Positions 50,302 through 60,689 of a stretch of DNA of 64,000 bases are shown piece by piece; position 1 is the stretch's first letter; each line of letters opens with the position of its first letter. The DNA lies in assembly GCA_965206595.1 (NCBI GenBank), contig OZ242214.1, forward strand, positions 2,688,001-2,752,000. The letters are read 5' to 3'. The stretch is from Candidatus Latescibacterota bacterium. GTDB taxonomy: Bacteria > Latescibacterota > UBA2968 > UBA8231. The translations under genes and the position numbers were made by a program. Under the pieces are notes generated by a model, which worked only from the letters and a program-made list of their open reading frames with translations, did no database searches and was not told the DNA's origin.

Positions 50302-51152
50302 TCAAGCAGCGTAGTCTGCCCAGGTAGCTCTTTCGAACGCCTCCTCTACAGAGAGGAGACACTTTGGGAGTCGCTTTCTGGTGGTAATTCCGAGGAAGAG
50401 AGCTGCACGCGTGATGGCTACGTATAGGAACTTGTCGACTAGGTCGGGACGCTCTGTCTCGATCATGTCGATATCGAGGAGGAAGACACCTTCGAACTCC
50501 AAGCCCTTCAGGTAGTCGACACTGAAGACACGAACACGCTGACCATCTCCGATCTTCCCTTCAGGACACTTCTCGGCTTGGATTCCATGTTCCGACAGAC
50601 GGACAGCAATCAGATCATAGGCTTGGTCGATCTCGCGTTCATTCGGTACGCACACCGCGATGGACGGGAGTGAGTTGTCGACGGCATAGATCTCAAGGAT
50701 CCTCTCGACGATCCAATCACCATGCAGCTCCGAATCGCCCTCGTGTTGTAATAACAATGGAGCAGGCATTATCTCCTTGCTACGATACGCTGATTCTAAA
50801 GCCGGTTGTTCACCGGTCGCAGATCTCGACAGCTCCCTCGCGATCTCCAACAACCGGCTGCTCTGCCGGTAGGCCGTCTTCAGTTCTCTGACAGCCACCT
50901 CTGGAATGATGCCTTCCAGCTGATCCCAAGCCTGTAGACCACGCGGTGCAACGCGTTGCATGAGATCACCCGCCATGGACAGCGCTCCAAGGCCGGGATG
51001 GGTGAGGCCATACATGCAGCCGATTTGGTAGCTTGAGAAATCTGTTACCTCGTCGATGACGATCTGGCCGTACAGATGTTCCTTCATGCGCTCGAGTAGC
51101 CTACTTCCGGTGTTTATCTGGAGGGCCCTCTGCCCCGTTGTCAGAGCGATCC
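50302..51152 (-). pseudogene. C-terminal fragment of a UvrD-like superfamily I helicase, cut by IS630
   Basis: IDEVTDFS, GDLMQR, YRQS, KGLEFEGV, LYVAITRA; Walker A missing. Confidence 0.85.
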
Positions 51153-51154
51153 TA

Positions 51155-52301
51155 GTGTTGTGTCGCATTAATTCGTTCACAAAGTCCCTTGATCTTAGCG
51201 AGGATTGAATCTGCCGTGGCCGTCCATACGAAGGGGTGGGCCTTTTGGTTCCAGTGGTCTGTGAAGTGCTCAATGCGACGGATCAATTCCTTCACCTTCC
51301 TGAAGGAGCCTTAGTCGAATCGCCCGCCGCGTGAGGATGCCGAACCAGATCTCCACCTGGTTTAGCCAGCACGCATAGGTCGGGGTGAAATGGAGGTGGA
51401 AGCGGGGGTGTCGAGCCCGCCACTGCTTTACTTTGGCGTGTTTGTGGGTAGCGTAGTTATCGACCACCAGATGAAGGTCCAGATCCGCCGGCACCTGGGC
51501 CTCGATGTGGCGCAGAAACTGGAGAAATTCCTGATGCCGATGGCGGGGCTTGCACTGCGCTATGACCTGTCCGCTCTCGATGTTGAGCGCCGCAAACAGG
51601 GTGGTCGTGCCATGGCGTTTGTAGTCGTGGGTTACCCCTTCCACATAGCCCAGACCCAAAGGCAGCAACGGCTGGCTGCGCTCCAGGGCCTGGATCTGGC
51701 TCTTCTCGTCTACGCACAACACCAGGGCATGCTCGGGAGGATTCAGATACAGACCGACGATGTCGCGCACTTTCTCCACGAAGAACGGATCGGTGGACAG
51801 TTTGAAGGTCTTCTGCCGATGGGGCTGTAAGCCGAAGGTGCGCCAGATGCGATGCACCGTGTCCTTGGACATCCCCGAGGCGGCCGCCATGGAGCGCACC
51901 GTCCACTGGGTCTGGTCTTGTATACGACCGCCGCCACCTGCTCGTCATCAATGGAGCGGGGCGTCCCCGGACGGAGCTCGTCATACAGGCCCATGAGACC
52001 TTGCTCCACAAAGCGCTTGCGCCCCTTTCCAACGGTCGCCGGCGAGGTGGACAAGCAGCTGGCAATGGCTTGGTTGGGCCAACCGTCGGCGGCTAGCAGA
52101 ACAATCTCTGCACGACGGACCAGACCGTGGGGCTTGGAACGTGAGTTGGCTAGAGATTGCAATTGCTTTCGAGTCCGTTCACTCAATTCAAACGGAACCA
52201 ACGGGCGTCCAGATCGCATCGGGTCTCTCCTTTGGAAAAGGTCCTTGGAGAAGGATACCCACGAAGCGGATATTATGCTAGTTATTTCTGAGACTATACA
52301 C
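51155..52301 (-). mobile_element. IS630-family element with frameshifted transposase
   Basis: CTAG at both ends (TA 51153-54 and 52302-03); homologous to the 1255..2343 transposase but split over several frames. Confidence 0.9.
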
Positions 52302-52374
52302 TAGCGTCCCCCAAACCACCCAGCCGCCACTGACCTTGTTCAAATTCAGTTCGACGGCAGAGCAGGTATTCCAG

Positions 52375-52662
52375 TCATCGCAGGGTCACCTCTTCCTCGG
52401 GGTCAAAGTTGCCGAAACTCGCATCCGGGTCAGCATGGATCGTGTCGTCCAAGTCGTCTTCCACAACCGGATCCACTTCCGGCAGTTCAGGCGCCCACTC
52501 ACGCACGTCGAGCTTACCGGTGACGACATCGGCGATCAGGCGGGTGCGGTATTCGCCGAGGAGTTCGATCTGGCGGTTAGCGCGGCTAGTGGCGGTGTTC
52601 AGCCTAGCGGTACTCGCTTCTATCTGTCGCACGATTAAGCCTTGTTCATAAACCGGTGCCAC
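52375..52662 (-). pseudogene. hsdS: Type I specificity subunit C-terminal fragment
   Basis: IELLGEYRTRLIADVVTGKLDVRE; 5' part replaced by ISL3. Confidence 0.85.
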
Positions 52663-52683
52663 CGCAATCCCTCTAGAACCGAT

Positions 52684-53460
52684 GGCTCGTCAGTAGAATT
52701 CGTGGGTGAATTGTGGCTCGGGTAAATCGCCAAGCTGATGGAACGAAGCGATTTGGAGTGCCTTGAAGGTGCGAAATCCGAATGCTTTTCTCACCGTCAG
52801 ATTCCATTTCAGGTTCAAACCCTCGACCATGCCGTTGTTGAACTGCTTCCGGGCCCTGAACCAATTGAGGATGAGCTCTTGATGCCGCCGCAGCATCCTG
52901 GCGATGTCTTTCATTGGTTCGATGTTGCTTCTCATCGTACGGAAACACCAGCGCTGGAGAAACTTCTCAGCCCAAGCCGGGTAGGTGTAGTCCCAGAAGC
53001 GCTGGAAGTCCTCCTTGAGCAGGTAGGCTCGGACCGTCCGCAGGTTCATCTTCAATAGCTCCGACAGCTTCAAGCCCTGGGAGTCGCTGAGGTTCTCCTT
53101 GCGCTTCAGGAAGCACCAGCGGCTCTTGCTCAGGACCGGATCCTGGCCCTGTTCTTTGAGTCTGCGGGCCTCTTCGGCACGGACTTTGTCGAGGCCCTTG
53201 CCAAAGTGCTGCATGATGTGAAAACGGTCGAGGATATGTACCGCGGTGGGCAGCCGCTTGCTGATCACGGTGAGGTAGGCTTTCCAGATATCAGAGCAGA
53301 TGACGGTAATCTGGTCGAGGAAACGGGTCGGCTCCTGCTCGCCGGCGGCTTCCTGCTTGCGCCGGTGCTCCTGCTCCAGTTCGGTAAAGCCGTCGTTCAA
53401 GGCCTTCTTCGTCCGCTTCTCGCCCATCCACAACAGGCGGCGGCGGTGGGGGTCGATCGG
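52684..53460 (-). mobile_element. ISL3-family remnant (3' half of transposase plus end)
   Basis: ICSDIWK, LDRFHI, NGMVEGLN, AFGFR; end GGCTCGTCAG. Confidence 0.88.
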
Positions 53461-53981
53461 GGATTATATACATAATTCAGCAAGCCTGATTTAAGTAATC
53501 TCACCCGCGAATTTAAAGAAAATCTGGTATAATATTATAGAGAAAATACAGAAGAGAGGACATCCAGAGCCTCCAGTGTTTAGCCCCGAGCACGGAAGTG
53601 TGCCACCTTGACACCGTGAATCTGGGTCGATACTCGCATCATTTTCTGGATCTGCATGTCGTGGAAGCGACGAGAAATCATTCCGTCTGGTTGACGAGTT
53701 GACAAGGGGAGATAGCTGGGGATTCCTGAAGCAGGCTGATCCATGCTCAAGATCCCCCGAAAATCCTGACCCCAGGCTACCAGCAGGGGTTGTCGCCTTG
53801 GTGACCATCCTGATAGATCGGGGGCTTCATCCACAGACCCAGTTCGATTCGCGATACGGAAGCGAGGCACCAGGCAGCAGTTTTCATCTTTCTGACCATT
53901 CGAGAAGATTTCCCCGCTTTCTTCCACAGACCCAGTTCTACTCCCGATCCGGAAAACGGTTTCCTCCCGACTGACGAAAGG

Positions 53982-55007
53982 TTACCAGCAGGTCCTCTTG
54001 GATCCGGAGAGCATCCCTGCATCCGGGATATGGCCCTGTTGCAGTCCGTTGATTTCACCGGGCTTTTCCACCTTCCTGACCTTGCGGAAGGGTTCGCCCT
54101 CCTTCCACCGATGATGAGTGAAGGGTCTCGGGGGGACCTCCGTCGCCAGCAGATCCCGGTGGGTCAGCGGCTTCCCAACCATGCCGGAAACAAGGGATTT
54201 CATCTGATCCAGGGTATCCATTCCTCGAAGATTGTGCCTGCCTGTGATCTCGTTGAGGTATTGGGGCAAATACTTGGGAGATAGGTGGCGATAGATGCCG
54301 TAGGTTCCCTTGATCTGAGAATTGAACGATTCAGCACGGTTCGTTGTGGCGTCGTCCCTGGCGTATTCACCGTTTTTGTGATTGACGACTTCGTGCCTTG
54401 CCGCCCATCGGAAATCGGAGTAGGCGGGTAACTCGTCGGTAAAAAGGGTGCCCCCCCGGCGTAGGTGTTTCTTCACGAAAGCGGACAAGGTCTCTTCCGT
54501 CTTTTTGAGGATCACCTCGGCGGCTACGCTGCCGGTTTCTCGGTCGTACATTACGGCGGCGATGCTGACGCCCTTCTGCCACTGGCGACCGAATTTCTTG
54601 TTGCGGTGCCTGTTTGGATCTTCTCCTCCGATATTGACTTCGTCTACTTCACCGACATTGCAGTTGAGGCTTTCCTGTTTGGGCCAGCCTTCCCGGATGC
54701 GATGCAGCATGAACAATGCGGATTTCTCCGTTAGGCCGAGGTCAAAGGCGAGCTGCCTGCCGCTGATTCCGTAGGGCCGGGTCAGATGCAGGTGAATTCC
54801 GATAGCCCACTTCCGCAAGGGGATCTTGGAGTTGGCCAAAACCGACCCGGTGCGAACGCTGAAGTGCTTCCGGCAGTCGCCGCACCAGTAGGGCCTGTTC
54901 GAGCGGTTGCGGCAGGCCGTAATCCGGTCGCAGCATCCGCAGTGAGGGCAGTATATGCGAACAGGAAGCCCGTCTACGAGCTCCCCCATCTGTCTTCGTC
55001 GAGCCAT
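53982..55007 (-). mobile_element. IS1595-family transposase, copy 1 (N-terminus truncated/frameshifted)
   Basis: CPHC..CGDC zinc ribbon, EVDE, FTDE, VNH, TNRAESF, GKPLTH. Confidence 0.85.
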
Positions 55008-55242
55008 TTTTCTGCTCTGGGATCCTCAAGTGTTTAGCCCGGAACACGGCAACATGGTCATATGGCACCCTGAATCGGGGTCGATAGGCGCATCACTACC
55101 GGGTCTATTCGGGGGGCTACCGGGCAAGGAACCTCCAAATCAGAGAGCCCGTCGAGCCTGATCGTTCTGTGTGCAGAAAATTCGCCCCCTGCTTCAGATC
55201 GTGCAATCCGCTTGGGCGAGCAGGAGAAGGAGGAGAGGAGGC

Positions 55243-56151
55243 CTACTCCAAAGAGGCTTTGATCCGTCCCCAGGTAACGGACTCGACTGCCGTAGCCTGA
55301 GCGGGAAGCAACAGCCCATCGAGAAAGATATCCGCCATTGAATGAAACAGCCACCGGAAGGCTTCCTCGTCGTCAATGCCTTCCGGGTTCCAGGGTACTG
55401 GAGTATCTACATCAACGGAGGGATCGGAGGGATCGGAGTCGTGGATGACAGGTGCGAAACCGATGATCTGATTGGCGGACAGCTCGCTGAAAGGGATTTC
55501 AGCTATGCTGTCGCCCCATCCGTCCTGTGGCGTGACATACATCTCGACAACCCAGACAAAGGGGTTTTCTCCAGCTACACTTCCACCCGCATCTCCGTAG
55601 GGCGGGGAGGTGTGCCAGGGTTGGAGAAAGCTGTGTTCGCTGGCCAAGGTTGGGCCGCTTACTGTTCGTGAAATGGCCTCGTATTTCTGCGTTTCTCCAT
55701 AACTCGGCAATCTATCCTCAAGCGTACCGTAGCCATGGATGAATCCTTTGCCGCCGCTATGATCCGCATCGAGGTAAAGCGTAATGCTGTCATTAAGGGG
55801 AATCCATGGTATGATACCCTCTCCAGACCAATCATGGTTGTTCTCGTATTCATCGTCGATTACGATGAAGGCTGCATATATTCGGTTCAGTTCGTCGTGC
55901 CAAGCCAGCCAGATGCGGAAGTCGAGGTTGGAGGGATCAGGAGGGATATAATCATCGTTGGTCTTGAAATCCAGCAGGGTCATGTTGGGTTCGCCGATCT
56001 CATACCACTCGTCGACAAATCCATCGTGTATATTGATTTTTCTCAGCATTTCATCGGTAAGCTCGTAGAAGGGGTACAGGCGATTCCCGCTATGCGCTTC
56101 ACCCAAGCTCGCAAAAATCAGGACGATAAGAAGTCCACTAAGTACCTGCAT
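55243..56151 (-). CDS. Secreted protein with C-terminal TAVESVTWGRIKA motif (possibly CBM9/DOMON-like), copy 1
   Basis: Signal peptide MQVLSGLLIVLIFASLGEA; IHDGFVDEW, LAW, DD, DSITLYLDAD and EMY resemble CBM9/DOMON-like sandwiches. Confidence 0.75.
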   Translation of the reverse strand: MQVLSGLLIVLIFASLGEAHSGNRLYPFYELTDEMLRKINIHDGFVDEWYEIGEPNMTLLDFKTNDDYIPPDPSNLDFRIWLAWHDELNRIYAAFIVIDDEYENNHDWSGEGIIPWIPLNDSITLYLDADHSGGKGFIHGYGTLEDRLPSYGETQKYEAISRTVSGPTLASEHSFLQPWHTSPPYGDAGGSVAGENPFVWVVEMYVTPQDGWGDSIAEIPFSELSANQIIGFAPVIHDSDPSDPSVDVDTPVPWNPEGIDDEEAFRWLFHSMADIFLDGLLLPAQATAVESVTWGRIKASLE

Positions 56152-56173
56152 TGATTCCCCCTTGGGTTTCCAT

Positions 56174-57058
56174 TCAGAAGTCAACCAATCGAACCAGCCA
56201 GCCCCAAAAGGGCTCAGGACGGCTGGACAGGAAGCAATAGTTATCCCCATCCGGTGACCATGACAGCTGCAAGTCACTTTCATGGGAAGGAAGCCGGGTT
56301 ACCTTCGTTCCCTTCACGTAGACGCCTCCTATCCCATCTCGGTTGGAGAGAAATGCAACCTCTCCCTTTGAAGTCCAAACCGGATTCCAGTCTTTCGCGA
56401 AATGGTTTGTCATTCTTGTAATCGTCCCATCTAAATCTGCAATACAGATTTCCGGGTTACCGTAGCGGATGCACTCGAAGGCAATTCGAGTGCCTTCGGG
56501 CGACCACGCAGGACGAACATCCGGGCTGTCATGGCGGGTGAGGTTGCGGAGACGGCCTTCTTGGTCCGCAAGATAGATTTCCATGTTGCTGTCTCGGTAG
56601 GTTGTAAAAGCAAGTAGGCCGTTCTTTGACCAAGCTGGAAGAATTCCGTCCTGAATGATTTTCTTAATCTGGCCATCCTCAAGGTTCAAACTGAAGATAT
56701 CGTACGACTCTGCCTCCTCCGCGCCACCCCCAAATGCGATCTCAGTGCTGTTGGGATGCCAGGACATGCCAAGGGTGAAGGTCAGTGGTGATGGCATAGG
56801 AATCGTTTTCAACCGGTCCCCATCAGTTGAGATAAGTTGAAATGCGTTATCCTGTCGATCATGGTAGAGGATGTGTTGGCCATCTGGAGACCAAATGGGG
56901 TTAAAAGCCCCAGAATCAGACAGTCGCCGAACCTGATCGTTAATTTTGCAATAAACACTCCCGCTTTCGTGCCCATCCACAGGAGATAGCAAGAGGAGCA
57001 AGAGAGGCCCTATTCTAACGAAGCCCTGTTTAATTCCCATGGATTCGGAGAGGCCCAC
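56174..57058 (-). CDS. Secreted TolB-like PD40-repeat beta-propeller protein
   Basis: PIWSPDG, PAWSKNG, PAWSPEG, SWSPDG repeats; LLLLLS signal; start could be ~57040. Confidence 0.85.
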   Translation of the reverse strand: MGLSESMGIKQGFVRIGPLLLLLLSPVDGHESGSVYCKINDQVRRLSDSGAFNPIWSPDGQHILYHDRQDNAFQLISTDGDRLKTIPMPSPLTFTLGMSWHPNSTEIAFGGGAEEAESYDIFSLNLEDGQIKKIIQDGILPAWSKNGLLAFTTYRDSNMEIYLADQEGRLRNLTRHDSPDVRPAWSPEGTRIAFECIRYGNPEICIADLDGTITRMTNHFAKDWNPVWTSKGEVAFLSNRDGIGGVYVKGTKVTRLPSHESDLQLSWSPDGDNYCFLSSRPEPFWGWLVRLVDF

Positions 57059-57179
57059 CTGAGTCGGACAACAACTGTTGGAAGCCAGCGATAAATTGCT
57101 TACCCTAGTGGCTTGGGTTCGCTACGGCCCCCGGCAACGGTCCAAACTTCCAAGTCTATCTGTTTGCTATGCCGGGGAT

Positions 57180-57225
57180 TCCACCGGGATTCTCAAGCGC
57201 GTCGGGATAAGAGAATCCCGGTGGA
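57180..57225. terminator. Perfect 15-bp stem-loop downstream of the peptide gene
   Basis: TCCACCGGGATTCTC-N16-GAGAATCCCGGTGGA; no U-tract. Confidence 0.6.
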
Positions 57226-57254
57226 CGGACAACTGCCTTCCTCCATTTAGTTCA

Positions 57255-57482
57255 TCACTGGTCACAACACATGCATTGATAGCCGTTCCCGTAAAGCTCG
57301 GCATGACTATGGCTATGACTCCAGCAGTGGTAGCCACACATCCATTGCTGTGCTACGGATGTATGGTGGCCGTATTCCTCAAGCGATCGCGGAGGAGAGT
57401 GAGCACCAACATAGGTAATGGCAGTTAGAGAGACTCCAATTGCCATCAAAGCGCTAATTATGAGGCTTTTTCGGCGAATCAT
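57255..57482 (-). CDS. Small secreted Cys/His-rich peptide, paralog 1 (75 aa)
   Basis: GAGGAGG RBS; 27-aa signal ending VGA; aligns without gaps to the paralog at 61417. Confidence 0.85.
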   Translation of the reverse strand: MIRRKSLIISALMAIGVSLTAITYVGAHSPPRSLEEYGHHTSVAQQWMCGYHCWSHSHSHAELYGNGYQCMCCDQ

Positions 57483-57563
57483 TACAACCTCCTCTTGGGA
57501 GAGAGAACCTTTGGGAATGTCGGGCGACAAGCCCAACAGCTTAGTAAGCAAGCTAATGAATCT

Positions 57564-57585
57564 GTTGATGGTTTTGCAAGGAAAA
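57564..57585 (-). promoter_or_regulatory. Conserved upstream motif of peptide genes, candidate -35 (TTGCAA)
   Basis: TTTTCCTTGCAAAACCATCAAC here vs TTTTCCCTTGCAAAATACCAACAAC at 61756-61780. Confidence 0.5.
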
Positions 57586-57830
57586 AGACAAGGATACAAA
57601 AACCATCGTAGGAAGATACGGAAGGGAAGGCTACGAGCAGGGTTGTCGCCTTGCTGACCATCCTGATTGATTCGGGGCTTCATCCACAGACTCAGTTCTA
57701 TTCCCGGTCCGTAAAACAGTATCCTCCCGACTGACGGCAGGCTACGAGCAGGTCCTCATGGCCCCCCGAGCGCATCCTACACCTCCGGAAACAGACGAGC
57801 AGGAAACCGAGGTCCCTGTTCCGTCGAAAA

Positions 57831-58793
57831 TCAGAACCCATCCGGATTTGTCACCGTGGTGACCTTGAGAAAGGGTTCGCCCTCCTTCCACCGATGATGA
57901 GTGAAGGGTCTCGGGGGGACCTCCGTCGCCAGCAGATCCCGGTGGGTCAGCGGCTTCCCAACCATGCCGGAAACAAGGGATTTCATCTGATCCAGGGTAT
58001 CCATTCCTCGAAGATTGTGCCTGCCTGTGATCTCGTTGAGGTATTGGGGCAAATACTTGGGAGATAGGTGGCGATAGATGCCGTAGGTTCCCTTGATCTG
58101 AGAATTGAACGATTCAGCACGGTTCGTTGTGGCGTCGCCCCTGGCGTATTCCCCTTTTTTTGTGATTGACGGCTTCGTGTCTTGCCGCCCATCCGAAATC
58201 GGAATAAGAGGGATACTCGTCGGAAAAAAGCGTGCCCCCTTGGCGTAGGTGTTTCTTGATGAAAAGGGATAAGGTTCTTCCTCTGTCCTGTCGGGGATCA
58301 CCTCGGAGGCTACCTTGCCGGTGTCCGGGTCGCACATTACGCCCGCGATGCTGACGCCCTTCGCCCAGTTGTGGCCAAACCTCTTGTCGAAATGCCTGTT
58401 TTTATCGACTCCCCCGATGAAGACTTCGTCTACTTCACCGACCCGGCAGTTGAGGCTTTCCTGTTCTGGCCAGCCTTCCCGGATGCGATGCAGCATGAAC
58501 AATGCGGATTTCTCCGTTAGGCCGAGGTCAAAGGCGAGCTGCCTGCCGCTGATTCCGTAGGGCCGGGTCAGATGCAGGTGAATTCCGATAGCCCACTTCC
58601 GCAAGGGGATCTTGGAGTTGGCCAAAACCGACCCGGTGCGAACGCTGAAGTGCTTCCGGCAGGCTCCGCACCAGTAGGGCCTGTTCCCGTGTTTTCGACA
58701 CGCCGTTATCCGGTCGCAGCATCCGCAGTGAGGGCAGTATATGCGAACAGGAAGCCCGTCTACGAGCTCCCCCATCTGTCTTCGTCGAGCCAT
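57831..58793 (-). mobile_element. IS1595-family transposase, copy 2 (internal frameshifts)
   Basis: Near-identical to copy 1 at both ends; frame disrupted at about 58160-58280. Confidence 0.85.
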
Positions 58794-59028
58794 TTTTCTG
58801 CTCTGGGATCCTCAAGTGTTTAGCCCGGAACACGGCAACATGGTCATATGGCACCCTGAATCGGGGTCGATAGGCGCATCACTACCGGGTCTATTCGGGG
58901 GGCTACCGGGCAAGGAACCTCCAAATCAGAGAGCCCGTCGAGCCTGATCGTTCTGTGTGCAGAAAATTCGCCCCCTGCTTCAGATCGTGCAATCCGCTTG
59001 GGCGAGCAGGAGAAGGAGGAGAGGAGGC

Positions 59029-59928
59029 CTACTCCAAAGAGGCTTTGATCCGTCCCCAGGTAACGGACTCGACTGCCGTAGCCTGAGCGGGAAGCAACAG
59101 CCCATCGAGGAAGATATCCGCCATTGAATGAAACAGCCACCGGAGGGCTTCCTCATCGTCAATGCCTTCCGGGTTCCAGGGTATTGAAGTCTCTACATCA
59201 AAGGAGGGATCGGAGTCATTGATGACAGGTGCGAAACCGATGATCTGATTGGCGGACAGCTCGCTGAAAGGGATTTCAGCTATGCTGTCGCCCCATCCGT
59301 CCTGTGGCGTGACATACATCTCGACAACCCAGACAAAGGGGTTTTCTCCAGCTACACTTCCACCCGCATCTCCGTAGGGCGGGGAGGTGTGCCAGGGTTG
59401 GAGAAAGCTGTGTTCGCTGGCCAAGGTTGGGCCGCTTACTGTTCGTGAAATGGCAGAGTATTTCTGCGTTTCTCCATAACTCGGCAATCTATCCTCAAGC
59501 GTACCGTAGCCATGGATGAATCCTTTGCCGCCGCTATGATCCGCATCGAGGTAAAGCGTAATGCTGTCATTAAGGGGAATCCATGGTATGATACCCTCTC
59601 CAGACCAATCATGGTTGTTCTCGTATTCATCGTCGATTACGATGAAGGCTGCATATATTCGGTTCAGTTCGTCGTGCCAAGCCAGCCAGATGCGGAAGTC
59701 GAGGTTGGAGGGATCAGGAGGGATAAAATTATCGTTGGTCTTGAAATCCAGCAGGGTCATGTTGGGTTCGCCGATCTCATACCACTCGTCGATAAATCCA
59801 TCGTGTATATTGATTTTTCTCAGCATTTCATCAGTAAGCTCGTAGAAGGGGTACAGGCGATTCCCGCTATGCGCTTCACCCAAGCTCGCAAAAATCAAGA
59901 CGATAAGAAGTCCACTAAGTACCTGCAA
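59029..59928 (-). CDS. Secreted TWGRIK-tailed protein, copy 2 (TTG start)
   Basis: Near-identical to 55243..56151. Confidence 0.78.
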   Translation of the reverse strand: MQVLSGLLIVLIFASLGEAHSGNRLYPFYELTDEMLRKINIHDGFIDEWYEIGEPNMTLLDFKTNDNFIPPDPSNLDFRIWLAWHDELNRIYAAFIVIDDEYENNHDWSGEGIIPWIPLNDSITLYLDADHSGGKGFIHGYGTLEDRLPSYGETQKYSAISRTVSGPTLASEHSFLQPWHTSPPYGDAGGSVAGENPFVWVVEMYVTPQDGWGDSIAEIPFSELSANQIIGFAPVINDSDPSFDVETSIPWNPEGIDDEEALRWLFHSMADIFLDGLLLPAQATAVESVTWGRIKASLE

Positions 59929-59947
59929 AGATTACCCCTTGGGTTTC

Positions 59948-60673
59948 CATGACGACTGTTTCATTAAAGTTAGACACTCTTGTCCAAAACAATGTTTGAA
60001 AATGGTGGTTGAAGCCCTCCGGGGTGTGTTGCATGTTGTGGTGTGCAGACCAAGCAATACAACACATCACTACAACAGGAGGGCTTCGGTGTCATGGTAC
60101 GGCAAGCGAGTCTGTTCAGTCAATTGCTGCGGCAGGTGCCGCGCAGTGAATTCGATCATCTGGTACGCCAGCACGGGGCCGAGAAATGGGCGAAGGGATT
60201 CACCTGCTGGACGCAGTTCGTGGCCATGCTGTTCTGCCATCTGGGACGGGCGGACTCGCTACGTGAGATCTGCCATGGCTTGGCCTGTTGCGTAGGCAAG
60301 CTGGTGCACATCGGGATCGGCCGGGCGCCCAAGCGCTCGTCGCTGTCCTACGCCAACGCCCATCGGCCGGCGGACCTGTTCGAGGATCTGTTCTGGCACT
60401 TGGCCGATCGCCTGCGGAGTCGGGAGGGCCTCGGTCAGCGCAAGACGAAGTTCCGCTTCAAGAATAAGCTGATGAGCCTGGACTCGACGACCCTCTCCCT
60501 GTGCCTGTCGCTGTTCCCGTGGGCCCGCTTTCGACGCGCCAAGGGTGGGGTCAAGGTGCACGTGCTGCTGGACCATGACGACTACATGCCCTCCTATGTC
60601 CTGCTGACGGAGGCACGGCGACACGACCGGATGGGCGCGCGTCTGCTCAGCCTCAACCCCGGGTCCATCGTCG
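59948..60673 (+). mobile_element. IS4-family remnant (left end plus 5' half of transposase)
   Basis: LFSQLL, FTCWTQFVAMLF, SLREI, SSLSYAN, LDSTTLSL, KGGVKVH; duplication homology breaks at CATGACGACTG. Confidence 0.85.
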
Positions 60674-60689
60674 CCCCGTCAGCCCCATC

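Larger units (their letters stand above)
54076..59950. repeat. ~2.1-kb tandem segmental duplication (54076-56172 vs ~57860-59950); third partial copy at 63410-64000
   Basis: Long identical stretches across the IS1595 gene, spacer and secreted-protein gene; offset about 3.78 kb. Confidence 0.92.

Noticed and set aside
44100-52400. Classical integron cassette array
   Set aside because: No IntI and no attC-like palindromes recognised; the recurring element is hsdR coding sequence.
53774-57802. CRISPR array from the short direct repeats
   Set aside because: Only two copies per tract, irregular spacing, and no cas genes.
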